Shown here piece after piece: positions 1 to 9,471 of a DNA stretch of 64,000 nt. Both the position numbers and the translations under genes were made by a program. Source of the DNA: an uncultured Candidatus Actinomarina sp. (GTDB taxonomy: Bacteria; Actinomycetota; Acidimicrobiia; Actinomarinales; Actinomarinaceae); contig CACPJC010000004.1 of assembly GCA_902634185.1 (NCBI GenBank), positions 1 to 64,000 on the forward strand, written 5' to 3'. The notes below the pieces were generated by a model. That model searched no databases. It was not told the origin of the DNA and worked only from the letters and a program-made list of their open reading frames with translations. Each line of letters begins with the position of its first letter. Position 1 is the first letter of the stretch.

Positions 1-1206
1 GGTAAAATTTAGTCCTCTCTGTAATTTGTTAACACTTTTTGTTGTGCTATCAGGATCTATAAAAGCACATGGAATATCCTTTCCCCAAGCAAATTGCTGT
101 GTACTCTTTTGAAATGTGCCAACTTTGTTTCGATATGTAAATTCATATTCGAAGCTTAAAATTTCTTTATTTTTATTGGTAACAACTCTGTTAATTTTAA
201 ATTTTAATTTATTATTTTTACCTCCTATTGATCTAAAATTTCCTTTTTTCAAGTCTTTCCAATCCTGTCCATTAAATCTATATCTGAATCTATACTCATA
301 CTCTTTAGTATCACTGGTAAAAACTGCTAGATACTGAAATTTATTTTTACCTATGTGTTTTCCACCAGTCACTGGTGTACAAAAAGAAGATTCACTTACA
401 TTATCATCTGTTGGAATCTCATTTATTAATAATCCAAGAGTTGTTGAGGTAGTTGAAGTCGTTGTAGGGGCAAGAGTTGTTGAGGTAGTTGAAGTCGTTG
501 TAGGGGCAAGAGTTGTATTAGGTTCAGCAGGGTTTGGATTAACAGTATATATAAAACCAGCCTCTAAAGCATCTTGTTCATTTCGACAAGTTAATACTGT
601 ATTTGCGTTTCCTTCTGAATCGTAAAGTGTATAAGGTTGAAAATCTTCATCGTTACATTCTGGAATTGTTGTAGGAGTTGTTGTGCTGGTAGACGTTGTT
701 GAAATTGATTTATTGGATAGTGGTAAGTTAACAGATTTAACTTCAATTATTTCATCATTGCCTTCTATTAATAGTAATAAAATATTCAGATCTTCATCAA
801 AACAGCATTCGACAACATTTCCGATACTTTCATCAATTTCAATAATTAATAATTCTGATTCAGATTCAACTAATATAGCACCCTCTTCAATTGATTCGTT
901 AATTTCCCAATCTATAGTTAATTCTCCCACTTCATTAACAGAAGCGACTATTTCACCTGATACAACTGACTGGGGATAGATAATAAAAAATAATATTGTT
1001 AACAGAAAAATTAAGAGTAACGGTGTAAGGTATTTTTTAAAAAAGAATATAAACCTTTTTTTCCTAAAATAAGAAATGATTTCTCTAATTTCTTCGTCAT
1101 TTAAAGTTGATAAATGTGAATTAACTTTTATATTGCAAAATTCTGCAGCCAAAAGTATTTCTTTTGATTTTTTATTTAACTTTTTAGCTAATTCAAATAC
1201 TTTCAT
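1..1206 (-). CDS. Membrane-anchored protein: IF2_N-like N-terminus, TM helix, Ser/Thr-rich linkers, extracellular domains (3' end runs off the window)
   Basis: Hand translation: ATG at 1206, no stop down to position 1 (at least 402 codons). Begins MKVFELAKKLNKKSKEILLAAEFCNIKVNSHLSTLNDEEIREII, then LLLIFLLTILFFII. Absent from the ORF track, presumably because it has no stop codon in the window. Confidence 0.85.
   Translation of the reverse strand, partial: MKVFELAKKLNKKSKEILLAAEFCNIKVNSHLSTLNDEEIREIISYFRKKRFIFFFKKYLTPLLLIFLLTILFFIIYPQSVVSGEIVASVNEVGELTIDWEINESIEEGAILVESESELLIIEIDESIGNVVECCFDEDLNILLLLIEGNDEIIEVKSVNLPLSNKSISTTSTSTTTPTTIPECNDEDFQPYTLYDSEGNANTVLTCRNEQDALEAGFIYTVNPNPAEPNTTLAPTTTSTTSTTLAPTTTSTTSTTLGLLINEIPTDDNVSESSFCTPVTGGKHIGKNKFQYLAVFTSDTKEYEYRFRYRFNGQDWKDLKKGNFRSIGGKNNKLKFKINRVVTNKNKEILSFEYEFTYRNKVGTFQKSTQQFAWGKDIPCAFIDPDSTTKSVNKLQRGLNFT
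435..516. repeat. 36-bp tandem repeat (about 2.3 copies) encoding a TTLAPTTTSTTS linker
   Basis: caagagttgttgaggtagttgaagtcgttgtagggg at 435-470 and 471-506, partial copy 507-516. Confidence 0.95.
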
Positions 1207-1262
1207 TTTTTGTGTGGTTATTGGAAAATTTATAAATTACATTCTAATATTTCAAGTACCAT

Positions 1263-2057
1263 ATGAAAAAATCTTTATTCATTCTAATCATTCTCCTTGT
1301 AGCATGTGGAGGATCTCAAGGGAACATATCCGATATGTCATATCAAGAACCATTTATATCTGATTCAATCCAGGAAATCGGTACATCCAGATCAATGGAT
1401 ATTTCTTCAGGTGATTACATTATTAAAACTGCCTATGGAACTATAGAAGTTTCATCATCCAATTTTCAAAATACAATAAATGAATTTGAGACATTAATTT
1501 CGACTTATAAAGGATCTATATCAAACACATACTTATCGACTAATTATCAAGGATTACAAAGTTATACAGTAACAGTAAATGTACCGGCAGTACAATTTGA
1601 TAAATTTATAAGTGATATAGAGGACATATCAGAATTTAAAAATATCAGTATAAATGCAAATGATGTGACGACATATGTACTAAATATTGATTCTCGTCTC
1701 AACGCACTTGTAAATGAAAAACAAGATCTTGAGGAGATAAAATCTGATGCATTGTCTACGTCGGAAAAACTCGAGGTTCAGTCACAGTTGAGGTACATCA
1801 ATCAGGAAATTGAAATTTTACAAGATCAAAGAGAGTTTTATGAAACATCTGTAAACTATTCAACACTTTCCTTAGAGATAAGGGAGGGTGCCGGAATCTC
1901 ACTATTTTCCTGGAATTATTATGTTGAAAGAGCTCTGAATTGGTTAGAGTCGTTAATTGGATATCTTGTATCTATCTCAATAGTTGGTATCCCGATCGTT
2001 ATATTTATATATTTTGTAAGAAAATTTTTAATTAAGAGAAATAATATAAAAACATAA
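1263..2057 (+). CDS. DUF4349-like lipoprotein
   Basis: Lipobox LVAC, NVPAVQFDKF and DVTTYVLNIDSRL motifs, coiled coil, C-terminal TM helix. Confidence 0.75.
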   Translation: MKKSLFILIILLVACGGSQGNISDMSYQEPFISDSIQEIGTSRSMDISSGDYIIKTAYGTIEVSSSNFQNTINEFETLISTYKGSISNTYLSTNYQGLQSYTVTVNVPAVQFDKFISDIEDISEFKNISINANDVTTYVLNIDSRLNALVNEKQDLEEIKSDALSTSEKLEVQSQLRYINQEIEILQDQREFYETSVNYSTLSLEIREGAGISLFSWNYYVERALNWLESLIGYLVSISIVGIPIVIFIYFVRKFLIKRNNIKT

Positions 2058-2062
2058 AAGAT

Positions 2063-3268
2063 ATGAGTCAAAATATTGTCGAGACTGAATATCAACCTAC
2101 AGTACCTATCAAGGGAATGTGTCATGAAGATTTCCAAAATGTAGCTGAAATATTTGCTGTAAATTTTGATAAATATTCTGAAATAGGTTCTTCATTATGC
2201 GTTATTGCTGATGGGGAAGTTACCGTAGATTTATTTACAGGTCATACAACAAACCAGAAACACGAAGAGTGGAACGAAAACACGTTAGCTGTTGCGTTTT
2301 CATGCACAAAAGCTGCTGTTGCTTTATGTGCTCATATTTTAATTGATAAAGGACTTCTTAATGCGCAAGAAAAAGTAACAAAGTATTGGCCTGAATATGG
2401 CAAAAATGGAAAAGAAGACACAACAGTTGAGATGATACTGAATCATTCAGCTGGATTACCTGCTTTAAAAACCAAAGTAAAAGATGGTGGCTTTTTAGAT
2501 TGGGATTATGTAGTGAATTTATTGGAAAATGAAGAACCATTTTGGAAACCAGGTGAACAAACAGGTTATCACATGATGACAACAGGATGGTTAATAGGAG
2601 AGATTATACGAAGAATTTCTGGTAAATCGCTGGGTCAATTTTTCAAAGAAGAAATCAGCGATCCACTAAATTTAGAGTACTGGATTGGATTACCTGAGAG
2701 TGAAGATCATAGAGTTGCTAAAGTTACTCCTTACACATCTAGTCCATCAGATAAACCTAGTGCATTTGCAGATGCATTTAGAAATGATATATCTTCTATG
2801 CAGAGATTATCACTTACAAATACCGGTGGCTACGATTACAACTCTCCAGACACTTATAGATCCGAATTAGGGGGAGTTGGCGGTATAACTAATGCACACT
2901 CCCTAGCTGAAATGATGACACCACTAGCACAAAACAATGAAAAAATTATTTCGAAAGATGGAGTTAAGCGTTTAAGTCAATCCAATATTAGATCAGATAT
3001 CGATAGCATGCTTTTACTTCCAACAAACTTTTCTGAAGGATTCATGTTAAATATGGACAATAGAGGAAAATTTGAAGGAGAAGGTGGATCTTTTTTAATA
3101 GGTAATAATGCATTTGGCCATGTAGGCTTTGGTGGAAGTAGTGCAACTTTTGCTGATCCTGATTGTAAATTAGCTTTTGGTTACATTGTAAACAAATTAG
3201 GTGGTGAATATTTAATTAATGAAAGGGGACAAAGCCTAATTGATGAAGCATATAAATCATTAATCTAA
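2063..3268 (+). CDS. Serine hydrolase, beta-lactamase/EstA family VIII esterase
   Basis: SxxK (FSCTK), LNHSAGL, WKPGEQTGYH, FGHVGFGG. Confidence 0.85.
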   Translation: MSQNIVETEYQPTVPIKGMCHEDFQNVAEIFAVNFDKYSEIGSSLCVIADGEVTVDLFTGHTTNQKHEEWNENTLAVAFSCTKAAVALCAHILIDKGLLNAQEKVTKYWPEYGKNGKEDTTVEMILNHSAGLPALKTKVKDGGFLDWDYVVNLLENEEPFWKPGEQTGYHMMTTGWLIGEIIRRISGKSLGQFFKEEISDPLNLEYWIGLPESEDHRVAKVTPYTSSPSDKPSAFADAFRNDISSMQRLSLTNTGGYDYNSPDTYRSELGGVGGITNAHSLAEMMTPLAQNNEKIISKDGVKRLSQSNIRSDIDSMLLLPTNFSEGFMLNMDNRGKFEGEGGSFLIGNNAFGHVGFGGSSATFADPDCKLAFGYIVNKLGGEYLINERGQSLIDEAYKSLI

Positions 3269-3305
3269 TTTTTTTACACCTACAGCACTATATTATTATT
3301 TAAAC

Positions 3306-3430
3306 GGCTATCTATTTTTAGGAATTTAAATAGCTATTTAGATAAGGGGTTTCTCCAGGATGGGAACCGTCTTATCTTTACAAGGATGTAGTGAAAAGTA
3401 AAAATCCTCAATCGATTACAACATCTGTAA
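3306..3430 (+). ncRNA. Candidate structured RNA with three AGGA-containing hairpins
   Basis: Stems ggctat/atagct, agataag/cttatct and ttaca/tgtaa; TATTAT (3294-3299) lies 6 nt upstream. Confidence 0.35.
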
Positions 3431-3471
3431 TGTAAGTATCAAATTTTTGCAGTAAAAAATAATAATTCTCC

Positions 3472-3515
3472 GTTTTATTTGGGTTTACGCTTTGTTTACT
3501 TTCACCAGCCATTAT
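3472..3515 (+). promoter_or_regulatory. PHO-box-like 11-bp direct repeats plus -10 element upstream of phnD
   Basis: GTTTTA (3472), GTTTAC (3483), GTTTAC (3494), then 10 nt, then CATTAT (3510). Confidence 0.6.
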
Positions 3516-3538
3516 TGAACTCATAGGAGGATTAATTA

Positions 3539-4588
3539 ATGAGAAACAAACTTTTAATATGTCTTCTCGTATTTGGACTTTTAACCGCAGCTTGCGGACC
3601 AGGAGATCCAGAAGTCATCAAATGGGGATTTATTCCTGCTGATAATGCAGATGCATTACAGGAATTATCCGAACCATTTGTTGAATTTATGAGTGACTAT
3701 GTTGGAATACCAATTGAGGCAAGTCTTACACAAGATTATGCCGGAGCTATTACAGGTTTAGGGTCTGGACAACTTGATGTTGCAGGTTTAGGACCTTTGG
3801 GGTTTGTATTAGCACAACAACAATACCCTGATCAGATTACAGCCATATCAAAAGCTATACGATTTGGTTCTGCAACGTATCATGGACAGATTGTTACAAA
3901 TGATCCATCAGTATGTAAATCAGCACCTGTAATTGGAGCATGGTCTAATAAAAATGGAACACCAGAAATTATTCCAGGATCAACAACTGCACCACCAGAT
4001 GTAAAAGCATTACAAGTGGGATGGTCGTTTGGTGATAATGGATTAGAACCTGAAGTTTTAGATACTGGAGAAACAGTAAGCCCTGGATATGCTTGTGAAG
4101 CAGATTTAACATCCATGAAGGGTAAAACTGTTGCTGCTGCTGATCCAGCATCAACCTCTGGCTATTTATTTCCAGGTCTTGCAGCACAAAACGCAGGACT
4201 TGATTTAGATGCAGATATGAATCTCATATTTGCTGGTGGACACGGTGGAGTAATCCAAGCAGTTTACAATGGAGATGCTGATTTTGGATTTTCATTTGAT
4301 GATGCAAGAAGAACTCTCCGAAAAGAGAATCCAGACGTTGGAGAAAAAGTGATAGTTATTGGAATCTCACCAGAAATACCAAACGATGTCATAGCTGTTA
4401 ATGCTGATCTTTCAGATGAATTACAACAGCTTATATTAGATGGTATGGTTGCATTCCTTGCACAAGGAGAAGATGCTGAGAACTTTTTTGATACATTTTA
4501 TGGATGGACTGCTGTTGAACCAGTAGAAGATTCAGAATTTGACCCGGTAAGGGAAGCTCAAGAAGCCTTTGGGATAACTGAGCCGTAA
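3539..4588 (+). CDS. phnD: Phosphate/phosphonate ABC transporter substrate-binding lipoprotein
   Basis: Lipobox TAAC, DPASTSGYLFP, GGH, IPND; AGGAGG RBS. Confidence 0.88.
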   Translation: MRNKLLICLLVFGLLTAACGPGDPEVIKWGFIPADNADALQELSEPFVEFMSDYVGIPIEASLTQDYAGAITGLGSGQLDVAGLGPLGFVLAQQQYPDQITAISKAIRFGSATYHGQIVTNDPSVCKSAPVIGAWSNKNGTPEIIPGSTTAPPDVKALQVGWSFGDNGLEPEVLDTGETVSPGYACEADLTSMKGKTVAAADPASTSGYLFPGLAAQNAGLDLDADMNLIFAGGHGGVIQAVYNGDADFGFSFDDARRTLRKENPDVGEKVIVIGISPEIPNDVIAVNADLSDELQQLILDGMVAFLAQGEDAENFFDTFYGWTAVEPVEDSEFDPVREAQEAFGITEP

Positions 4589-4625
4589 ATCTCTTCATTT
4601 ATATAAAGTACGTCACTGAACTAAA

Positions 4626-4657
4626 TAATCCGGCAGATTTAAAGCTCTGCCGGATTA
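4626..4657 (+). other. Perfect 12-bp intercistronic hairpin after phnD (mRNA stabiliser or attenuator)
   Basis: taatccggcaga-tttaaagc-tctgccggatta; no strong U tract. Confidence 0.65.
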
Positions 4658-4682
4658 TCATATTTAAAATAAGGGAGTTATT

Positions 4683-5456
4683 TTGATCAAATTAAAAAAT
4701 GTGAATGTTATTTATCCAACAGGCACTCATGCTATGAAGGATGTTTCATTAGACATAAATGAAGGAGATTTTTTAGTTATAGTTGGAAAATCAGGAGCAG
4801 GTAAGTCAACTTTATTAAGAACGCTCAATGGTCTAGTAAAAACAACAAGTGGGAGTATTAATATTTTTGACAAAGAAGTTACAACATCATCAAAAAGAGA
4901 GCTCAGAGAGATTCGCTCAAAGACTGGGATGATATTTCAAACTTTCAATCTTGTCACAAGAACCACAGTATTTAACAATGTCTTAACTGGAAGATTAGGC
5001 GAGATGTCAACACTTAGAGGATTTTTTGGATTATGGTCTGACGAAGATAAAAAAATAGCAATGGATGCATTAAAAGAAGTAGAGATAGAAGAGAAAGCGT
5101 GGACAAGAGCTTCAAAATTATCTGGCGGTCAGCAACAAAGAGTTGGCATAGCAAGGGCACTAACTCAGAAACCCAAGCTTGTTTTAGCTGATGAACCAGT
5201 TGCTTCATTAGATCCAGTTACATCTAGAAAAGTCATGGACTATATCAAAAAAATTAACGTTGAGTTAGGCATAACAACAATTGTAAATCTACACTTCCTT
5301 GACTTAGCAAAAGACTATGCAGAACGCATCATAGGCATGTACGATGGAAAAATTGTTTACGATGGCATGGTTGATGATATTACTGATGCAGATTTTGAAA
5401 AAATCTATGGAGGTCAACTCACCGAGGAAGATTATAATGAAACAAGAACAAATTAA
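4683..5456 (+). CDS. phnC: Phosphonate/phosphate ABC transporter ATPase
   Basis: GKSGAGKST, LSGGQQQRVGIARAL, ADEPVASLDP, NLH; TTG start with AAGGGAG RBS. Confidence 0.92.
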   Translation: MIKLKNVNVIYPTGTHAMKDVSLDINEGDFLVIVGKSGAGKSTLLRTLNGLVKTTSGSINIFDKEVTTSSKRELREIRSKTGMIFQTFNLVTRTTVFNNVLTGRLGEMSTLRGFFGLWSDEDKKIAMDALKEVEIEEKAWTRASKLSGGQQQRVGIARALTQKPKLVLADEPVASLDPVTSRKVMDYIKKINVELGITTIVNLHFLDLAKDYAERIIGMYDGKIVYDGMVDDITDADFEKIYGGQLTEEDYNETRTN

Positions 5457-6255
5457 AAATCCTGACTCAAGAAAAAACTTAAGAAATAGATTTTTTATCG
5501 TTTTATCAATAATTCTATTAACAGTATTTGGAATTGATAGGGTTGGTTTTTCACCCAGAAGAGTCGATGGTGCTATTGATAATTTAATTTTTGTTGTTTC
5601 AAAATTTTTCCCTGAAGATTATTTTCAAGAAGGGGGTGCTATTGAATGGACGTATGAGGTAGCTTCTGGAGCCTTTATAGAGTCAATTCAAGTAGGAGTC
5701 CTGGGTGCAATCATAGGTTGTATCCTTGCATATCCCTTATGTTTATTTGGTTCTAAATTAACAGCTCCAAACAAAGTTGTATTAAACACAACAAGAACTT
5801 CAGTAAATGTGATAAGAACAATGCCCGAACTTTTCTGGGTAATACTTGCAACTACAGCACTTGGTTTCGGGCCATTTGCGGGCCTAGTTGCAATTATTAT
5901 ATTTGTTGTTTTTGTTGTGTATAAGATGTTTACAGAATCTATCGATGCATTAGATCCTGGGCCCTTAGAGGCTTTAAATGCTACGGGTGCAACATATTTT
6001 ACTTCGTTAAGACATTCAGTTGTTAAAGAGATAAATCCTATATATTTTGCTCTATGTATTTTTATGCTTGAACTCTCTATAAGGGTAAGTGCAGTGATAG
6101 GCTTAGTTGGTGCTGGCGGCATAGGTCAATTGCTAAATGTTGAAAGAGTTTACTTTCATTGGGATAACGTAAGTGCAATTGTCTTGGCAATGACTGCAAT
6201 GATAGTTATCCTTGAAATCATTTCAACTAGTGTACGAAGTAGGTTGTTAAGATGA
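5437..6255 (+). CDS. phnE: PhnE-type ABC permease 1
   Basis: RTMPE, IDALDPGPLEALNATGA, IRVSAVIGLVGAGGIG; ATG 5437 chosen over ORF-track start 5344. Confidence 0.88.
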   Translation: MKQEQIKNPDSRKNLRNRFFIVLSIILLTVFGIDRVGFSPRRVDGAIDNLIFVVSKFFPEDYFQEGGAIEWTYEVASGAFIESIQVGVLGAIIGCILAYPLCLFGSKLTAPNKVVLNTTRTSVNVIRTMPELFWVILATTALGFGPFAGLVAIIIFVVFVVYKMFTESIDALDPGPLEALNATGATYFTSLRHSVVKEINPIYFALCIFMLELSIRVSAVIGLVGAGGIGQLLNVERVYFHWDNVSAIVLAMTAMIVILEIISTSVRSRLLR

Positions 6256-7040
6256 TAACCTCAACAGATAATAGAACTAAATACATCAGGTTAGGATTTT
6301 ATATTTTACTTGGAGTTGTTGTATTTTGGTCCTCATCTGACCTCTCAATAACATGGGAGAGATTTGTAAGCTCATTCCCTAAAGTTGCAAAAATATTTAG
6401 CTTAATGATTCCACCAGATTTAAGCACTGAAATGATTACCAGAGTCTTTATTAAGCTAGAAGAGACAATATGGATTGCCTGGGTAGGCACGATAATTGGT
6501 ATAATTTTCTCAATACCTCTTGGATTCTTAGCAAGTTCAAACTTGTTTCCAAACTTCGTATGGGGCCCTTTTAAGTCACTACTTGTGATAATACGAGCAA
6601 TACCCGAACTCATTATTGCCTATGTATTAATACCCATAACTGGGCTAGGTGCTTTAACAGGTACCCTTGCTATTGGCATAGGATCAATAGGAACGCTCGG
6701 TAAATGGCAATCTGAATTATCAGAAGAGGTTGATTTTGGGCAGAGAGAAGCTGTTATTGCAACTGGGGCTACAAGTGTCGTAGAATCTAGATGGGCTGTC
6801 CTTCCTCAAGTTCTCCCATCACTCTTAAGTTTTTATTTATATAGATTTGAAATAAATATAAGAGCGTCAGCAATTTTAGGACTTATTGGTGCAGGTGGAA
6901 TTGGGGCAGAATTGCTTGGACAATTTCAATATAGAGACTTTCCAAGAGCTGGAACCGTTGTATTATTTACTGTCCTTGTAGTTGTTATTATCGATGAGAT
7001 TTCATCGAGAATACGATCAAAAATTATAGAGGGAACATAA
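6252..7040 (+). CDS. phnE: PhnE-type ABC permease 2
   Basis: RAIPE, YRFEINIRASAILGLIGAGGIG; ATGA overlap with upstream gene. Confidence 0.9.
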   Translation: MITSTDNRTKYIRLGFYILLGVVVFWSSSDLSITWERFVSSFPKVAKIFSLMIPPDLSTEMITRVFIKLEETIWIAWVGTIIGIIFSIPLGFLASSNLFPNFVWGPFKSLLVIIRAIPELIIAYVLIPITGLGALTGTLAIGIGSIGTLGKWQSELSEEVDFGQREAVIATGATSVVESRWAVLPQVLPSLLSFYLYRFEINIRASAILGLIGAGGIGAELLGQFQYRDFPRAGTVVLFTVLVVVIIDEISSRIRSKIIEGT

Positions 7041-7750
7041 TGTTTATATTATTGGTTAGGCATGCGCAACCTTTTTGGAGAGAGGAAGCAAAAGATCCTA
7101 ACAATCCTGAACTAACAGAGCTTGGTATAGAGCAGGGTAAGATTACAGGTAACTATATCAATCTCTTGAAAAGCATGGATATTACATTTGAAACAATTTG
7201 GCATTCAGAATTAACTAGGTCTAGACAAACAGCAGAATTAATTTCTAAAGAGCTTGATAACAATATAAAAATGTCAGAGCATTCTTGGTTGAATGAAGTG
7301 AAATTACTCGATTTTAAGGGTATGAAAGAGTATGCTGAAAGATCTGAAAAATCTGATTTCAATGCAGTTGAACTTGATAAATGGTACGAGGGTTTTGAAT
7401 CAATGGAAAATTTTGTTGATCATGCAAACAATCTCACACCACATTTTTATCAGTCATTAGAAGATTTTGGTATAAAAAAAAGTTATCAACAAACTAGAAA
7501 TGGTGATGAAAAAGTATGGGAGATAACTACAGATAAGAATTTACTTATTGTTGGGCATGGTGGTACTAATTCAGTACTGTTATCTGAACTTCTTTCATTT
7601 GATTTTAAACCCTGGAATGTCGTTCGATTAGGAATAGACCATGCATCAATAGCTATGCTAGTTGGGGTATCAGTAGGTAAAGAACATATTTTTAGGTTAC
7701 AAAAATTAAACGATACACATCTCTTATCTCCTGAAAAAATAACAAGATAA
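7040..7750 (+). CDS. Histidine phosphatase (phosphoglycerate mutase superfamily)
   Basis: RHAQ, SELTRSRQTA, LNE, VGHGG; TAATG coupling to phnE. Confidence 0.85.
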   Translation: MFILLVRHAQPFWREEAKDPNNPELTELGIEQGKITGNYINLLKSMDITFETIWHSELTRSRQTAELISKELDNNIKMSEHSWLNEVKLLDFKGMKEYAERSEKSDFNAVELDKWYEGFESMENFVDHANNLTPHFYQSLEDFGIKKSYQQTRNGDEKVWEITTDKNLLIVGHGGTNSVLLSELLSFDFKPWNVVRLGIDHASIAMLVGVSVGKEHIFRLQKLNDTHLLSPEKITR

Positions 7751-7761
7751 TAATTCTATTT

Positions 7762-7827
7762 GTTTAACTTTTATTAAATTACATGTAATACAAAATTCAT
7801 ATTCTGTTTACTTTTAACTTTTATATT
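7762..7827 (+). promoter_or_regulatory. PHO-box-like 11-bp-period array plus -10 element
   Basis: GTTTAA (7762), ATTAAA (7773), TGTAAT (7784), ATTCAT (7795), GTTTAC (7806), then 10 nt, then TATATT (7822). Confidence 0.5.
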
Positions 7828-7847
7828 TTTTGTTAGAAAGGAAAACA

Positions 7848-9416
7848 ATGAAAAAATATTTACTTTCATTTCTATCCCTTACCGTTTTATCAGTGGGTGT
7901 TGCATATGCTGCTCCCAATGTCTTTATGGTTGGAGATAGTAATTTGAATTCTCAAAATCAAAATATTGAAATAGAACATATTAAATCTTTTGGTTTAGGC
8001 GTTGGCCAGCCACTGGGTGATTTTGAAGCAGTTACAGAAATCGCTGACTATCATCCAGGTTCAAAAATGTTGTATTCAACAAATGGTTATAACAGTCCTG
8101 CTACTGTTGATCGCTACGACTTAAGTGATATTAATAATCCTACATTAATTGAATCTGTCAATGTGGGTACTGGTGGGGTAACATCTGTTGCCATTTACGG
8201 AGATTTGTTAGCAGCGGCAGTACCCTCTGCTACTGCAACTAATAACGGCTATCTAAAAGTATATAATATAGCCAATGACGGAGCACTTACTTTAGCTAAG
8301 TCACTTCGAGTTGGTGTGTTACCAGACATGGTCACATTCTCACCTGATGGGAATATGATTTTAACTGCTAATGAAGGTCAACCCAATGATGCTTATACAA
8401 TTGATCCTGAGGGAAGTGTTTCAATTGTTGATATCTCTAAAGGTGTTGCGTCGGCTACTGTTACCACTGCAAACTTTAGGGCTTTTAATAGCAATCCTTC
8501 TAGTATAAGAAAATCAGTTCCAAGTGCAACATTAGCTCAAGAAGTTGAACCAGAATACATAGCAGTATCTGCAGATTCCAAAAAAGCTTATGTAAGCTTG
8601 CAGGAAAATAACGCTATTGCAGTTGTTGATTTAACAACAAAAAAGGTTATTGGAATGTGGGATCTCGGTCTAAAAAATTATCGTTACAATTGTATGGATC
8701 TCTCTGATAAAGAGACAAATATTGACTCTTCAAAATCAAAGAGAATTAAAACTAAATGCGCAAATGTTATGAGTATGTATCAACCTGATGCAATACAAGC
8801 ATATGAGGTAGATGGTCATACATATATAGTTACAGCTAATGAAGGAGATTCTAGAGATTATGATGGTTACTCTGAAGAAGTTCGAGTTGCTGACTTAACA
8901 TTAGACAAAGCAGCATATCCAAAGTCTTTAACTGCGGTTCTTGATACACAGTTAGGAAGACTCAAAACCTCAAAAGAAGAGGGTGATTTTGACGGTGATG
9001 GAGACGTCGATCAAATAATTGGTTACGGTGGAAGATCATTTTCTATCTACACTGCTGGTGGTATTCAAGTGTTCGATAGCAGAAATGAATTTTCAAGAAT
9101 AACAATGGCTGATGGAACTTATCAAGATGGTAGAAGCGATGATAAGGGTTGTGAACCAGAAGGACTTGGTATAGAGGAAATTAGTGGATCAACCTATGCA
9201 TTTATTACATTAGAACGTTGTAGTGTAATTATGGTATACGATATTTCCGACCCGCGAAACCCAGTATTTCAACAAGCTGTTTCAAGTGATGGCGATGTGT
9301 CACCAGAAACTGTTGTCATAATAAAAGCCGAGGACAGTCCTAATGGGAAAACATTACTCATTGGTACTAATGAATATTCTGGAACAATTGCGATTTACCA
9401 AATAAACAATAAATAA
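7848..9416 (+). CDS. Secreted choice-of-anchor I family beta-propeller protein (alkaline-phosphatase-like)
   Basis: Signal peptide ending AYA; LPDMVTFSPDG, ANEGQP, EPEYIAVS, QENNAIA, YQPDAI, ANEGDSRD, GRSDDKGCEPEG, SPE. Confidence 0.8.
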   Translation: MKKYLLSFLSLTVLSVGVAYAAPNVFMVGDSNLNSQNQNIEIEHIKSFGLGVGQPLGDFEAVTEIADYHPGSKMLYSTNGYNSPATVDRYDLSDINNPTLIESVNVGTGGVTSVAIYGDLLAAAVPSATATNNGYLKVYNIANDGALTLAKSLRVGVLPDMVTFSPDGNMILTANEGQPNDAYTIDPEGSVSIVDISKGVASATVTTANFRAFNSNPSSIRKSVPSATLAQEVEPEYIAVSADSKKAYVSLQENNAIAVVDLTTKKVIGMWDLGLKNYRYNCMDLSDKETNIDSSKSKRIKTKCANVMSMYQPDAIQAYEVDGHTYIVTANEGDSRDYDGYSEEVRVADLTLDKAAYPKSLTAVLDTQLGRLKTSKEEGDFDGDGDVDQIIGYGGRSFSIYTAGGIQVFDSRNEFSRITMADGTYQDGRSDDKGCEPEGLGIEEISGSTYAFITLERCSVIMVYDISDPRNPVFQQAVSSDGDVSPETVVIIKAEDSPNGKTLLIGTNEYSGTIAIYQINNK

Positions 9417-9441
9417 AAAATATTTATCCATATATAAAAGC

Positions 9442-9471
9442 AAAAGAGCCTTGATTTATCAAGGCTCTTTT
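9442..9471. terminator. Intrinsic terminator (bidirectional type)
   Basis: aaaagagccttgat-tt-atcaaggctctttt. Confidence 0.85.

Noticed and set aside
435-516. 36-bp direct repeats resembling a CRISPR repeat in length
   Set aside because: Copies are contiguous with no spacers, are in frame in a Thr-rich linker, and no cas genes are present
116-1363. Plus-strand ORFs 116-337, 353-625, 683-979 and 1076-1363
   Set aside because: Antisense shadows of the long minus-strand ORF 1-1206
3360-3401. 13-codon ORF MGTVLSLQGCSEK as a possible leader peptide
   Set aside because: No RBS, lies upstream of the predicted phnD promoter, and has no telling codon content
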